Of a stretch of 64,000 bases of DNA, positions 1 through 10,927 are shown piece by piece. The position numbers were made by a program, and so were the translations under genes. The notes beneath the pieces were generated by a model that saw only the letters and a list, made by a program, of their open reading frames with translations, was not told the DNA's origin and made no database searches. Origin of the DNA: Lepidodermella squamata (lineage: Eukaryota > Animalia > Gastrotricha); contig JBLDXI010000021.1 in NCBI GenBank assembly GCA_047495785.1, positions 1,426,001 to 1,490,000 on the forward strand, read 5' to 3'. Every line of letters begins with the position of its first letter. Position 1 is the stretch's first letter.

Positions 1-1529
1 AACACCTAGATGCGCAACGGTCGCAGATCCACACTCACGTGAATCCACCTCATTCAAGCGTGACGAACAACCAGTCAAACAAACCAAGCAACGACCGTGG
101 TAAGAAATCCGATAGCTATCATGAACCATCAAGTCAGTCTGCAAGTGTAACCGTTAATCCACCCGAAGTAAATTTGGATGAAGCTGACATCGGTATTTTT
201 TAATAATTCTATTTCTTAATTAATTTCTAATTACCATAAATTTTTGAAAAATAGATGCGCCTCAATCACAGCATTTATTGCCACTTCCAAACTCGGCCGA
301 AAGAGCTCGGCAAGCTAATTCCTCCAGATCAGAAAGAAACGAACAGCCTTCCCAGCGTGACGAATCACGATCGGACAACGAGCAACAAGAAAGTGATGAA
401 ATATCTGTTTACAACACTGGTCACAGTCAACCTGGTTACAGGCCCCGACGTCTAATTGCCGAGAAAAACGGATGGGAAGAAAATCGCGATGAAGAAACAG
501 AATCAATTCCTGATGGTCAACCTGAAAATCTAAGCGACGAAGACGAAGACCTCTCAAGTCAAAATGGCGAGGATGAAAATGCTGATGAGATCATAGCCCG
601 GTAAGAAGCCTATTCAGCATTTTTTGCATATTTTATGGCTGATTTTCTCTGCATCAGGCAACTGCCGAAACTTGTTGCTGATTTCGCCGCAAGAGATCCT
701 GCTGAGCGTATGTTTTTTTTATATGATTGATTAAATATATATTCTCTCTTTATAGTAGTTCACGTCGGTGAAATTGCCCCGGTGCTGAGGGCACTTGAGC
801 AATATGTTTCCATCGGTAAATATATCTTTTTAAAATAATATTAGCTTACTCCTTAAATGTGTTTATCTTTAGGTGCTCCGTTGAAAACCGGTGAAAATAA
901 AAAGGTCAAGGTAGGCAAATTTGGCCTGTTAGACGCCTCGGTTTGCAGTGCAGCGAAAAACGTCGGAGGGGCTGATGGCATCGCGTCAATAATGACAAAA
1001 GCATTGGATCAGGTCATTCCGCAAAATCAATTGGCTTACAAGACCCTCAACGGTCAAGTTCTTGGGGAGGGACGTACAGTCTTTCCCAAAATGAAACTCG
1101 ACGCGAGTCGAGTGGAAGCTTGCTGGGGTAAGAATGGTTTCGATCGATTTCAGCTTAGAAATTCCAACTTTAACAATACCGTAGATTTACCGTAGAAATG
1201 GTATCAGTAACAAAATTGTAATTTCAATTAAAATTTTCTGAGTTATATTTTATCGCATTTCGACAGGTCTTGCTGCCAACTACTTCCAATTCGAGGAGCG
1301 TCCCAACGGTACCTTGCGCCCCTCAAAGGCGGTTGAGAAGTTGGTCAATGTTAAGATCCAAAGCTGGCTTCAGACCAAGAGAAACAAGGCCGAGTATGAC
1401 GCAATTAGGCGTCGAATTGTCAGTGAACACAAAGCGGCGGTGGCTCAAAACAAGAAGGATCAAAGCACTAGCCGAGAACCCGGAGCTTCCGGAGTCTCCA
1501 AGCAACCGGCGGCCAAAAAGAATAAATGA
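1..1529 (+). CDS. 5'-partial multi-exon gene with a low-complexity acidic N-terminal region and a C-terminal BEN-like domain; probably a transposon accessory gene
   Basis: Frame-compatible GT-AG exons ..192, 255-600, 658-707, 756-815, 873-1127, 1267-1529 (TGA), with AATAAA near 1646. The segment SIMTKALDQVIPQNQLAYKTLNG...KMKLDASRVEACW...KIQSWLQTKR follows the BEN pattern (helix, S/T-L-x-G, K-L-D, terminal helix). Confidence 0.6.
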
Positions 1530-1749
1530 AGCACTGTCAGCATTAATCAAACTTTCTATCGATCAATATCCAAATTTAACTGTTGTTGTTGATTTTTATA
1601 TGTATTTCAAAATGATGTAAAATTAAAGTCGGTGATAAGTATATAAATAAAACTAGGCTCTGTTTCATTTTTCTTTTATCTTTCTTCGATATATGGCACG
1701 CAGGTTAAATGAACTAATGAAGTCCAGTCAAATAATTAGCAAACCACAT

Positions 1750-1986
1750 AGGCCGAATTCGCTGCGGCTAAATCTTCGGCCAAATTTATCTTTTCGCCAA
1801 ATTTTTCGCCTTTCCTTTGGACGAAAACTATGCAAAGCTGAAAAGCCTTCTGGCGAAATTTTGGTCTAAATTTGATGTTCGACCGCTTGGCCGAAATTTT
1901 CGAGTAAAACTTTTGGACAGTTTGGGGGTATCAAATAAACAGCCGAAACATTAAGCCGAGATTTTGGTCTTAAATTTCCGTCTGGG
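1750..1986. mobile_element. Probable right end of a CMC/EnSpm-type DNA transposon: subterminal repeats plus a ...TTCCGTCTGGG terminus
   Basis: Dense GCCGAA/TTCGGC/TTCGCC/GGCGAA repeats in both orientations stop abruptly at CTGGG (1982-1986; CCCAG on the minus strand). The left end lies outside the window. Confidence 0.5.
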
Positions 1987-2594
1987 ATGCTTCCAGTCAC
2001 ATTCTTGGGTTGACGGTCGAAATAAGATATTATGTCTGTTGAAAAAGTCCCCAAACCCCCAAAATGTCTTCTTATTTTCACATTTTCACACCCTCTGTCG
2101 GTGCTATTTAGAGAGCCGTTTAATCTGGATATTTGAGCATTTCAAGAGCTTCTCGAAAATAACGGCGCTGATTCTATCGATGGGGATTTTCCTGAGCGTC
2201 GTAGTTCTAAACTCGATTAAATCTGTAAGCTACCGGCCAGTTTTTATATTCTGGAGCGTTGCTATTTGGTTGCGAAATGGAAGAATTTAAGCTAAATAAG
2301 CAATATTGCCGAACTCCTGAATCATTTGCTTGCTGTTTGTAAAACTGAAACCCCAAAGCGCTGCCGAAGCAGACTCATGTCAAAGCATGAGATTCTGGTG
2401 TTTTTATTACAGATAACAAGAGACACATTTTTAGTTGCGTAAGTGATTGAGAATTTATTCAAATTATCACAGCCTAATTTTTATGTGGCGCATTATATTG
2501 TATCACGCTACACGTGGCACTCCAATATTAATAATATATTATCACAAATTCTCAAAATCAATCATATCAATCATAAGTACTATTTCATAAGTTT

Positions 2595-5500
2595 TCAATC
2601 AAGCTGAACTAGAGCTGGGAAAGTTTTCAGTCGCAAGCGCTCGACCTCCTGGCGAAGAACAGCGATTTCGCTAGCTTGAGCCCGCGCAACTTCAACGAGC
2701 CGCGATCTGTTGACAACAGCGGCCATTCGGCGTCGCCGAGCTGCGTCCACCTCAAGCTCACCGCTCGTAACTTCAACCATCCTACGCTGCTCACAGACCT
2801 TGAGATTGAGGCCGTTGAGCTCGTTATCGCACTCTGAGTTGGAATTTTCTCGCGAGTATTGACCGCGTTCAACTTCACCCAGGATCTTCTTCAACCGCTC
2901 AGTCGCCTTGATGTGATACTGCTGTTGCGCGATCAAAGTCTGCTCCAACTGAGCCATTTCCTTTTGAATTCTGATTTCGTAGTCGTGGGAGAATAAGAAC
3001 TCCTGGACCTCGCGGGTTAGCCTCAAATGATCGATATCGTGAATCTTCTGATCAAGATCAGCCATCTCCATTTGAAGCCGCCGATGTTCCCATTCCAGCC
3101 GAACAATATCCCGCTTAGTCTTCTTCGCCTTTTCCATATTTGCGATTTTGACTGAACCTTTTTGAAGAATGCAGGCATTCAGTTGCTCAACAACACTTCT
3201 ATGAACTAGAACAGCGTCCGAAAATTCTGGAATGAGAGGACATTCTGGGTTGTGTTTCTTCACCTCGACCTGGCCCTGTTTTACGATGAGCTGAACTTCG
3301 AGATTTAGTATGAACCGCTCTAATTCTCCCTCCAATCTCGCGACATCCATGGTTAATTTATCAATATCTTGTCGAATGGTTTCCTCATCTTGAAGGCGAT
3401 GGGCTAGGTACGCCTGAGATTCGGCCTGAGCGATTGCTTGCTCCTTGATTTTGAACTCTTTTTCGATTTTCTGGCGACGATAATCACACAAGCGACGCCA
3501 GATGTGGGGTTCGATTCCTTCCGGGCAATTTATGTCTCGATCCAGTTCACTCATAGCAGATTCGAGTTGCGCATTGACCTGTTGCTGCTGGGTCGCCGAA
3601 GCTGGGCGTTCAGCGAACGGATTTCCAGTACCAGCCGCGTTAGCCATAGCTTGAATTAACTGTGCTCCAGTTTTCAAGCCTTTCGGCCGTTTTCTGAACT
3701 GGCGAACCAGTAAATCGGCATGCTGCGCGTTCACATCGCCGAATTCACGCCGGAAACCTTTCTCCAGAATTTTGTCCTCAGCAACTAGAACGTCGTAAAC
3801 CTCCTGCGATTCGCTCAACAATTTACGAGCATCTGCCACGTTTTTCTGGGCTAGCAACAGCCCGGTACGTTTCGCCTCCAGCCGGCGGCGTAGTTCGTCG
3901 ATCTGCGCGACAAACGCGTCTTCAATCACGAGTTCAAGTTGGATTCGGGAGATTTTCAACTCCTCCTGATGGATAGCCATCTCAGTCTTGAGTTTACGCT
4001 TGAAAAGGTCACTTAGCAATTCTTCGTAAGCCGCAACTGATTCGACAACCTGTTGACGGAGTTTCTTCGCCTCGACATCTACGACTTTGCGATATTTCTC
4101 ACGTTCCTCCTGCAGTTCTTTCGAACGTTTGAAGTAGTCAGATGCGATTTTTTGCTCCTCTTCGTTCCATTCGTTGTCCGGTTTGCCTTCTGAGATGAAC
4201 ACAGGGGTCACAACTTCTTTACGAAGTTCGTCCTCCTTTTTCACCTCTAAAACACCACCCATCATGTCCATGAGGCCTCGCTCACGAGGATTATCGCCAC
4301 GCTCTCGAAGCAATCGTTCCTTCTCTGCTTTAGCGGCTTCCTCCAGCTTTTTACGTTCGGCTGGCGAGACCCATCTTTCGGCCGGAACTTCGGAATCTTG
4401 AACGTTGAACAACTGCTCGGTATCCTCAGCCGCGGCTGGGTGGGGCTCGTATTGAACCAAATTTTCACTCGCGGGACGTTTGTCGAAAACCTCGATCAAA
4501 TCCTGAATTTGACGCAATCGACGATTTCGCTCGTTGATCTTCGACATTTCGTTCTCTTTACGCCGGCAAGCCTCTTCGAATTCCTTGTTAAACGACTCTT
4601 TGATTTGATAAATGCAGTCTTTCATCAACGCAATCTGGCACAGCTTTTGATCGCGGGTTTGAAGCGCGAACTGGTCGTAGTAAAGACGGCAATCAGCCCC
4701 GAATTGGCTGGCAAATGAGCCTTGTTGATTCATTGCCTGCATTTTGTTCGCGGGCGGCACGACATCCTCTGACAGATCGCCCGGACCTTCAGCTGCCCCA
4801 CCCTGGCCTCCAGCAGCGCCGGAAGCGTCGCCTTCATCGCCGCCTGCACCTTGGTCTGCAGCAGCTTCTTGCGGCCGGTCACTCACGCGAGTCTAAGGAA
4901 AATTTAAAAAAATTTAATCACTAAATAAATTACTAGTTTTTATGCCGAAGGTTCAAAGCGCCCAAAGCTAATAAAATAAACAGTACCCGTTCATCTATTT
5001 AAAAACCTCTACGAATGGGGACAGAATTCGATCTCGCGCTAATTAATTTATCAAAAAATTACCTTGAACTCGGCCAATTCGCACTCGCGAAGTTTGCGAA
5101 TCATGTCAAGAGCCGCTAGTTCATCTGACGTTTTTTCTTTCATCGGGTAGTTATTGACTCGCAGTTGAGATGTCATGCCTCGAATCCCCTTCGACTTGAC
5201 CTTCAACGTATCTAAGCATTCTTTTTTGATGCGTTGAATGTACGTCAAACGAGCCGCTATTTCGGCCTCGAGTTGCTGCTTCAATTTCTTAGCAGCAACA
5301 TCACCTTCCTGCAAGAGGCGAGTCTGCTCAGCAGAGTCGAGATCAAATTCTTGGTGATCAAGCTTTTCAAGGTCTGGCTTGTTACTATTCTCAGACATCA
5401 TCGCGTGTAAGCGTTCGCGAATTTTGACTAAATTTGCGAGAATTTTGGTTTTCTGATCACATACACGCTCGTCATCGGCGTGAATAGCTCGAGCTGTCAG

Positions 5501-8500
5501 CGATTCAACAGCTGTTGCATCGGGCGGAAGCTTGACGGCTGGAACCTCGTAAACTGAAGGTCCATACGGAAGTTCCTTACTTTGATCCGGCCCCGAAGCC
5601 AGCTGCTTATTATCGCCACGATCATCGCGTTTGCGCGGCGGCAAATAAACTGGCATAGATTCTAGAACGCGGACTTCGCGACCGGCTAGGTCTCGACAAC
5701 GAGATCGCCACGCGTCGAAAAATTTACGACTATCTTCGTTATTTTGGGCCCAGCCATTCGGTGGGGTTTGCTCCGAGCTTCGCATCGATCGGCCTGAGGA
5801 CGTACGCTTGAAGCCGAACTGCATGATGACTGCAGAGCCATCGCGGCCGGCTGCCATTAAATACCGATTATCAGCCGAGCATTTCACGCTAATAGGCAAG
5901 GTTCCGCCAAATCTGATGTCGACAGGGGGGCACAGCGACATGGCTTGACTTTGAGAGTGGTCATCTGGGTTCAAGATGGCAATGTGACCATCGCTTCGAG
6001 TGACAATCAACCATCTCGAATCAGGTGATTTGGTCAAAAAACTCAGTTGCGTCGGATCTCCTGCCGGGGCGTTTCCGTAGTCCAATGGTTGCAAGGTTTC
6101 TATTGGCACATTGGAGGCCGATGAGCCATCGGCTGCTGCTACAGGGGCCGGTTGCTGCAAAACAGTGCTGATTAAAGCAGAGAGTGAAAAATTAGCCAAG
6201 CGTCCAGTTGCGGCGACTAAGGTGATAAGGCGATGATGATCGACCATCGTCATGGCCGTGGAAGGCGTGGATAAGCCGATTATAATGCGACCCAAGACAG
6301 ATTCTTTGAATTCACGTCTGATTTGATGAACATACAAATCGGGAGACGCTGCCGGACACAATAAAAATTAAACTAAGTTTAATTTCATGACAATAAACTA
6401 TACCTTGTTTCAATTTCGTAGCGTCCAGCTGGTAAAGAGCAACCTTAGCAAATTGGTTAGGACCAAGATGCTGAATTGGTTGCTTTGGCTGCGCTCTTTC
6501 TTCCAATGGCTTGAAACCAACTGCTACGCTAACTTTGCCCTCGACAGTATCAGCAGTCGACAGAACAGTGAAAGAACCTGGAAATGGATCCCCAGGTAAC
6601 GATGTGTAGCCAATGATCTGGAACGATTTTGCAGGACGGGTATCAATGACGAACATAACATTATCAGTTGTTACGGCAACAAGCAGTTGAGCGAAAGCGT
6701 CGAATTTCAAGCCGACAATCGCCTTCCTTGAAAGCCGGTTAACGCTTACAAGCCGTGGCGTTTGAAGTGTTGAAAGATCAACGAAATGCAATTCTCCAGT
6801 TTGAGTGCCGACCACTGCCAATCGGAAAGCTGGACAAGAAGCCATGATACTCCACTAAACGATTCAAAATTTAAAATCTGAATCCTAAAGCTGCAAAATA
6901 CTCACCTCCATTTCAGTTCCATCATCGCGTTTCGGGAGAAAAATTGCTCCCAGCTGGTGAAGATTTTGGCTGATGTCCCAAGTCTGAACACAGCCGCCGC
7001 TCGTCAGAACCACGGCGATGTCTGGTTCAGTCCCCACCGGCTCAATCGCCACAACACTTCCGGCCCCGAGGTGAAACGTCGATATAAACGGTTTTTTAAA
7101 AGCCGCAGCATGTCGTGGGTTTTCAACCATCGCATTAAGTGCCAAAAGCTCTTTTACATTGAGGGAATAAAGTGCTCTAGCAGGTTGATCAGATGCTTCG
7201 CCTTTACCACTATTTGTGCGATCCATTTCGTTGTTTGGTAATGATTGATTGAACTCGGGCAACATGAGAACGCTGCGATTGCTGGTAAAAATGGCAAGGT
7301 GGTCATAGTGCGGAGAGAATGCTGCTGCGCTAATGCCATTTGCGCCAGTATCAAGTTCAGTCAACTTTTTGAAAGGAGTGACCGGCTGTATAGCTCTTAG
7401 TAGGCCCGTCTTGCTACCATAGCAAAGGATAGCAGAGCCATGAACGAGAATTCTGTCGATCTCTCCGGGCTGTGGTCGCCAAATATCTTCAGCTGTCTCA
7501 GCGCGATCGCTATCGACATGTTCCGTGTTTGAGGGACGCAAGACACAACGGAAACTATAAGCAAAACGAGTACGATTCGCAGTGCGTGGGGTATAGGGAA
7601 GATTTTGCTCAGCCGCCGAAACATTATCATAAGTCGCTGCAAAAGTAACCGCTAGAAGATGCCCAGATTTACAAGCAACTAGCAGCTCATTTCTGCCGTT
7701 GAATGCTACATATGCGGCAGAGAGTCTTGTGCGATCAAACGGTTCTTCTTCAAATTCTTCAGCATAATTTTCTACCAATTCCGACATGGCGAATCTCGGA
7801 ATCTCGATTTGATTTAGCTTCTGAGTATTAGTCAATCCACTTCCCCCCATAGACAAATCTGTTTGAATTGGTCTCGGGGATTTATCAGCTCTCTCATTCG
7901 ATGGATTGTTTGCAAATGTTGTAACACTGCGTCCGGCAGCTAGATCAACTTCACTAACACCCGTCGCCACAGCATCGTCAATAAACGGCAGACGAATATC
8001 ACTATTAGCAAATGACGAACATGAATGAAACATAGAGCATGACATCTAATGCATTTACTTTCTTCTGAGCATATACGATTTTGATGACTGCTCTATGTTC
8101 CAAAACGTAACACGACCAGTCTCAGCAGAAACTATGGAAAGTTGGTGCCAGTTGCCCGGATTGAATGAAATGCAACTTGGGTGAACATCCATGTCATACT
8201 CTGCTTCTGCCAATTTCGTGCCAGTGTACGCATCCCTATATAGAGAAAGCAAGGTTTTTTTGAATATTCGGCATTCGGCAAGCGTAAAGCATAAAGCTTA
8301 CCAGATGGCAACTTTGAATTCGGGCACTCCGGAACATGCAGCCAAATAAACAGAATTTGAAAATGCAAGTTGAAGGTATTCGAGTTGAGCAACTCCTACA
8401 TGAAGTAATGAAGTTAATTTGGAAATAAATCTTCATTAAGTAACTGGGAATGTTCACCGTCAACTTCTGATAGTAGTTTGCATTCGGGGTACTGAAATAT

Positions 8501-8788
8501 TTGCAACTTGGGCTTGATTCCCTTTTCAGCCACAGCAAAAAGATGATACTCGGTGTGAACAGCCGCAATATCTACATTTCGCAGCTTTACGGGTCGAAAT
8601 ACCGACAATTCACCAGATTCCACTTTGAGAAAAATTACTCCACTGCTTGAATATGTAAGAAGTGTATCTTCATCAACAAATGAGAGCAATTTATTTCGTC
8701 CATCCAGAGTGAACCTTGGGTGTAGATGAAAAAATATAATATGAGAGCGTTTATTAATTTCATCTTACTTCAATTCCAAGTTCGACAT
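2595..8788 (-). CDS. CFAP43: Cilia- and flagella-associated protein 43 (WD40 N-terminus, coiled-coil C-terminus)
   Basis: ATG at 8788 followed by GT-AG-joined exons. Motifs LSFVDEDTLL...KPKLQIFQYP, ERGLMDMMGGVLEVKKED, NLEVQLIVKQGQVEV and the C-terminal EVERLRLKTFPAL match the CFAP43/WDR96 family. Confidence 0.93.
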
Positions 8789-8879
8789 TTTGGCGCAACG
8801 TAGAATATGGCACAACAGTAGGTACCGCTCGTGGTGAAACCGGCTAGATGGATCCACGGCCCACAAGATAAATTGACGC

Positions 8880-8893
8880 GTTGTCATGGCAAT
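8880..8893. promoter_or_regulatory. RFX X-box upstream of CFAP43
   Basis: GTTGTCATGGCAAT is close to the palindromic X-box GTTGCCATGGCAAC and lies about 90 bp upstream of a ciliary gene start codon. Confidence 0.75.
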
Positions 8894-8993
8894 CAAAAAC
8901 ATCGAGAACACATTAAAAGGTTAAAATTAATTTTATGCTATCCTCTTATAGCAGTATATGTCAAGATTTTATTTTGAAAATTTAAAACCCCGC

Positions 8994-9699
8994 GTAGCCT
9001 ATCGTCTGCTCGTCTCGTTTTTCGGTCTTGCTCCCGTCGAGATCCTTGCGACTTGCGATCAAGTGGTATCGAGTATCGACTGGTATTTGGTATTGCACTT
9101 GGGTGCTTTTTAGCTCTATGTTTTTTGCCTGATAATATGCGACTTTCGATTCGATTTTCTAATATGAATCTCCCCTCGGAGTGCTCTGAGAAACGTTTGA
9201 CATCCTCAGTCAGACCAGTCAGCTCGGCAGAAGGGTTGTGCAGCCAGTTAAGTCCTCTCGTATGCTAGCCATACTAGCCATTACGCTGATCATGCCGTTG
9301 AGCCGTTAGCGGCAACAGGCTTGCCAGTATCCAGCCCTACGCTGCTTGGAAATGAAGTTTGCGTTAACAGGAATCGCACAGTTTGCTTTTCTTCTGATTC
9401 ATCGCAGTAACGTTCACGGTTCACGGTACCAACGATCTGTTGACCCATCTCAACTAAGTAATCTCAAAAATGTCATTTGGGGAATTGTCGGGCGATAGGC
9501 TGCACTGAACTAAAAGCGTCAGCTGCGGCCGGTTTATTGATCCTGAAAGTCTTCGCTGGGACCCACTGCAGTCATTTAAGACTACACTGGATCGCTTTCA
9601 TTTGACTTGATGACATTATCCGGCTGCGATTTTCTTGGAGTTGTTTACTTGGGCCAACGTCCATGCCTTGGTCCTTAGTCTTTCATAACTCTTACATAA
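8994..9699 (+). ncRNA. Putative ~700-nt structured non-coding RNA with a telomerase-RNA/H-ACA-like layout; identity unproven
   Basis: A 15-bp long-range helix (8994-9008/9489-9503, 3 G.U), an 18-bp hairpin (9060-9101), a 9-bp hairpin (9293-9314), a branched domain closed by 9524-9532/9620-9628, and a terminal hairpin (9637-9692) followed by ACA (9694-9696). The G.U pairs form only on the + strand. No convincing ORF. Confidence 0.55.
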
Positions 9700-9834
9700 A
9701 TCATGTGGATGTTTGACATTTGAAGGTAACAGTCACCTTATTGTTATTTAATCGATTGCCAAGTGTTGCACAATGCGCTTTTTGAAGGGTTGATCCTGAA
9801 TTTTCTTGAATTAATGATATTTTAGGGTTTAATA

Positions 9835-10291
9835 ATGTTTGGAGTTCCCAGATTACGTGCCGAAACTCGCCATCGGCTTAAGGAAGAACTCAAGCGTGTC
9901 ATTCAAACTGCTCATCGTGTTCGCCATTGGGAGAAAAAATGGGTTAGTATGCCGGACACTAATCTACAGGTCTACAAGTGGGTGCCGATAATAACTCCTG
10001 AGACGGCTGTTTCGGCTAGCCCTGGGTCTGCTGCTCGCCGCACGCCTACTCAGTCTGGTAAGACAAATTGCTGACGATTTTGATCGTTTCCTTAGCCTAT
10101 TTTCATTAGGTGGACGGCCAGGCAGCAGAATCGGTACTGCAACCATCACTCCGAGGGCGTCTCTTGGCGTTGACGAGAGCTCTTCATCTCAGGCGAATAT
10201 TAACGATGCTTCAATGAATGAAACATCCAATGCTCAGGCCCCTTCTGATAACATCAATGACAATGCATCCGACTCATTCAGGCAGCGATAG
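9835..10291 (+). CDS. BCL7: BCL7 family SWI/SNF (BAF) subunit
   Basis: RAETRHRLKEELKRVIQTAHRVRHWEKKWVSMPDTNLQVYKWVP is the BCL7 N-terminal domain. Intron 10058-10109; TAG at 10291. Confidence 0.92.
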
Positions 10292-10927
10292 TTTCATTAT
10301 TACCTATTTGCATTCTGAATTTCATGTGTTGTAATTTTTGGCGTCTTCGTCTTTTGTTATTATTGTAATCATGTTCCTTAGATGTTGAAATTCATTAAAA
10401 CCTTGAAAAGGGAAAATACTTATCTTTTCTCATCCTAGTTATTACTTTAAAGATGGTAGAACCTGGCTATTCGACTAGAACGTTTCGAATCTCGAGTAAT
10501 ACGAATGTGCTTTACGTAACAGTCGTTAGCCATTCCGAAAAGCGGTCTAATGTTGTTCTTATCACTAACGAAAGCGGCAATGTTGAAAGTTTGGCTGCCG
10601 CTACTCTATCCCGTAGCCAGGACTCATTACATCCACGAGTCGTATCTACTTCACTATTTGGCGAGTCAACCTCTTCGATGGAATGCGGGATGGCACAGCG
10701 CCTAAGTGAGCTTCTAGCTGAATGAAAAAACGTTTATAATTTGCCAAACTAATTTTAGCCCGTCGGTTGCAACGCCCTGTTTTCGTATCCTGCTCCTGTG
10801 AAATACCAACTGCCGTTGCCGGTGATATCGAGCGTTTGGTTCTCGAAACTGTTTCATGTTGAACTGTGATACGCATGCAAAGTTTATTTAGATGAAAATG
10901 TAAAAATCTAGAAAGTAAAAGTGAATT

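Noticed and set aside
1990-2290. Possible further repeat fragment and a 108-aa ORF
   Set aside because: No termini or protein motif that I can support.
9053-9268. 71-aa ORF with a hydrophobic stretch
   Set aside because: Non-ATG start and no homology; better explained by the G/U-rich hairpins.
9045-9426. Short tandem duplications as candidate telomerase templates (CUUGCGA x2, CUAGCCAUA x2, GUUCACG x2, CAGUCAGAC)
   Set aside because: Each can be explained as part of a stem, and none matches a telomere repeat I know.
9545-9585. GAAAGUCUU...AAGACUAC resembling RNase P/MRP P4
   Set aside because: The two strands are only ~25 nt apart, leaving no room for the rest of an RNase P/MRP RNA.
10453-10725. 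90-aa ORF between convergent genes
   Set aside because: No recognisable motif or supporting exon structure.
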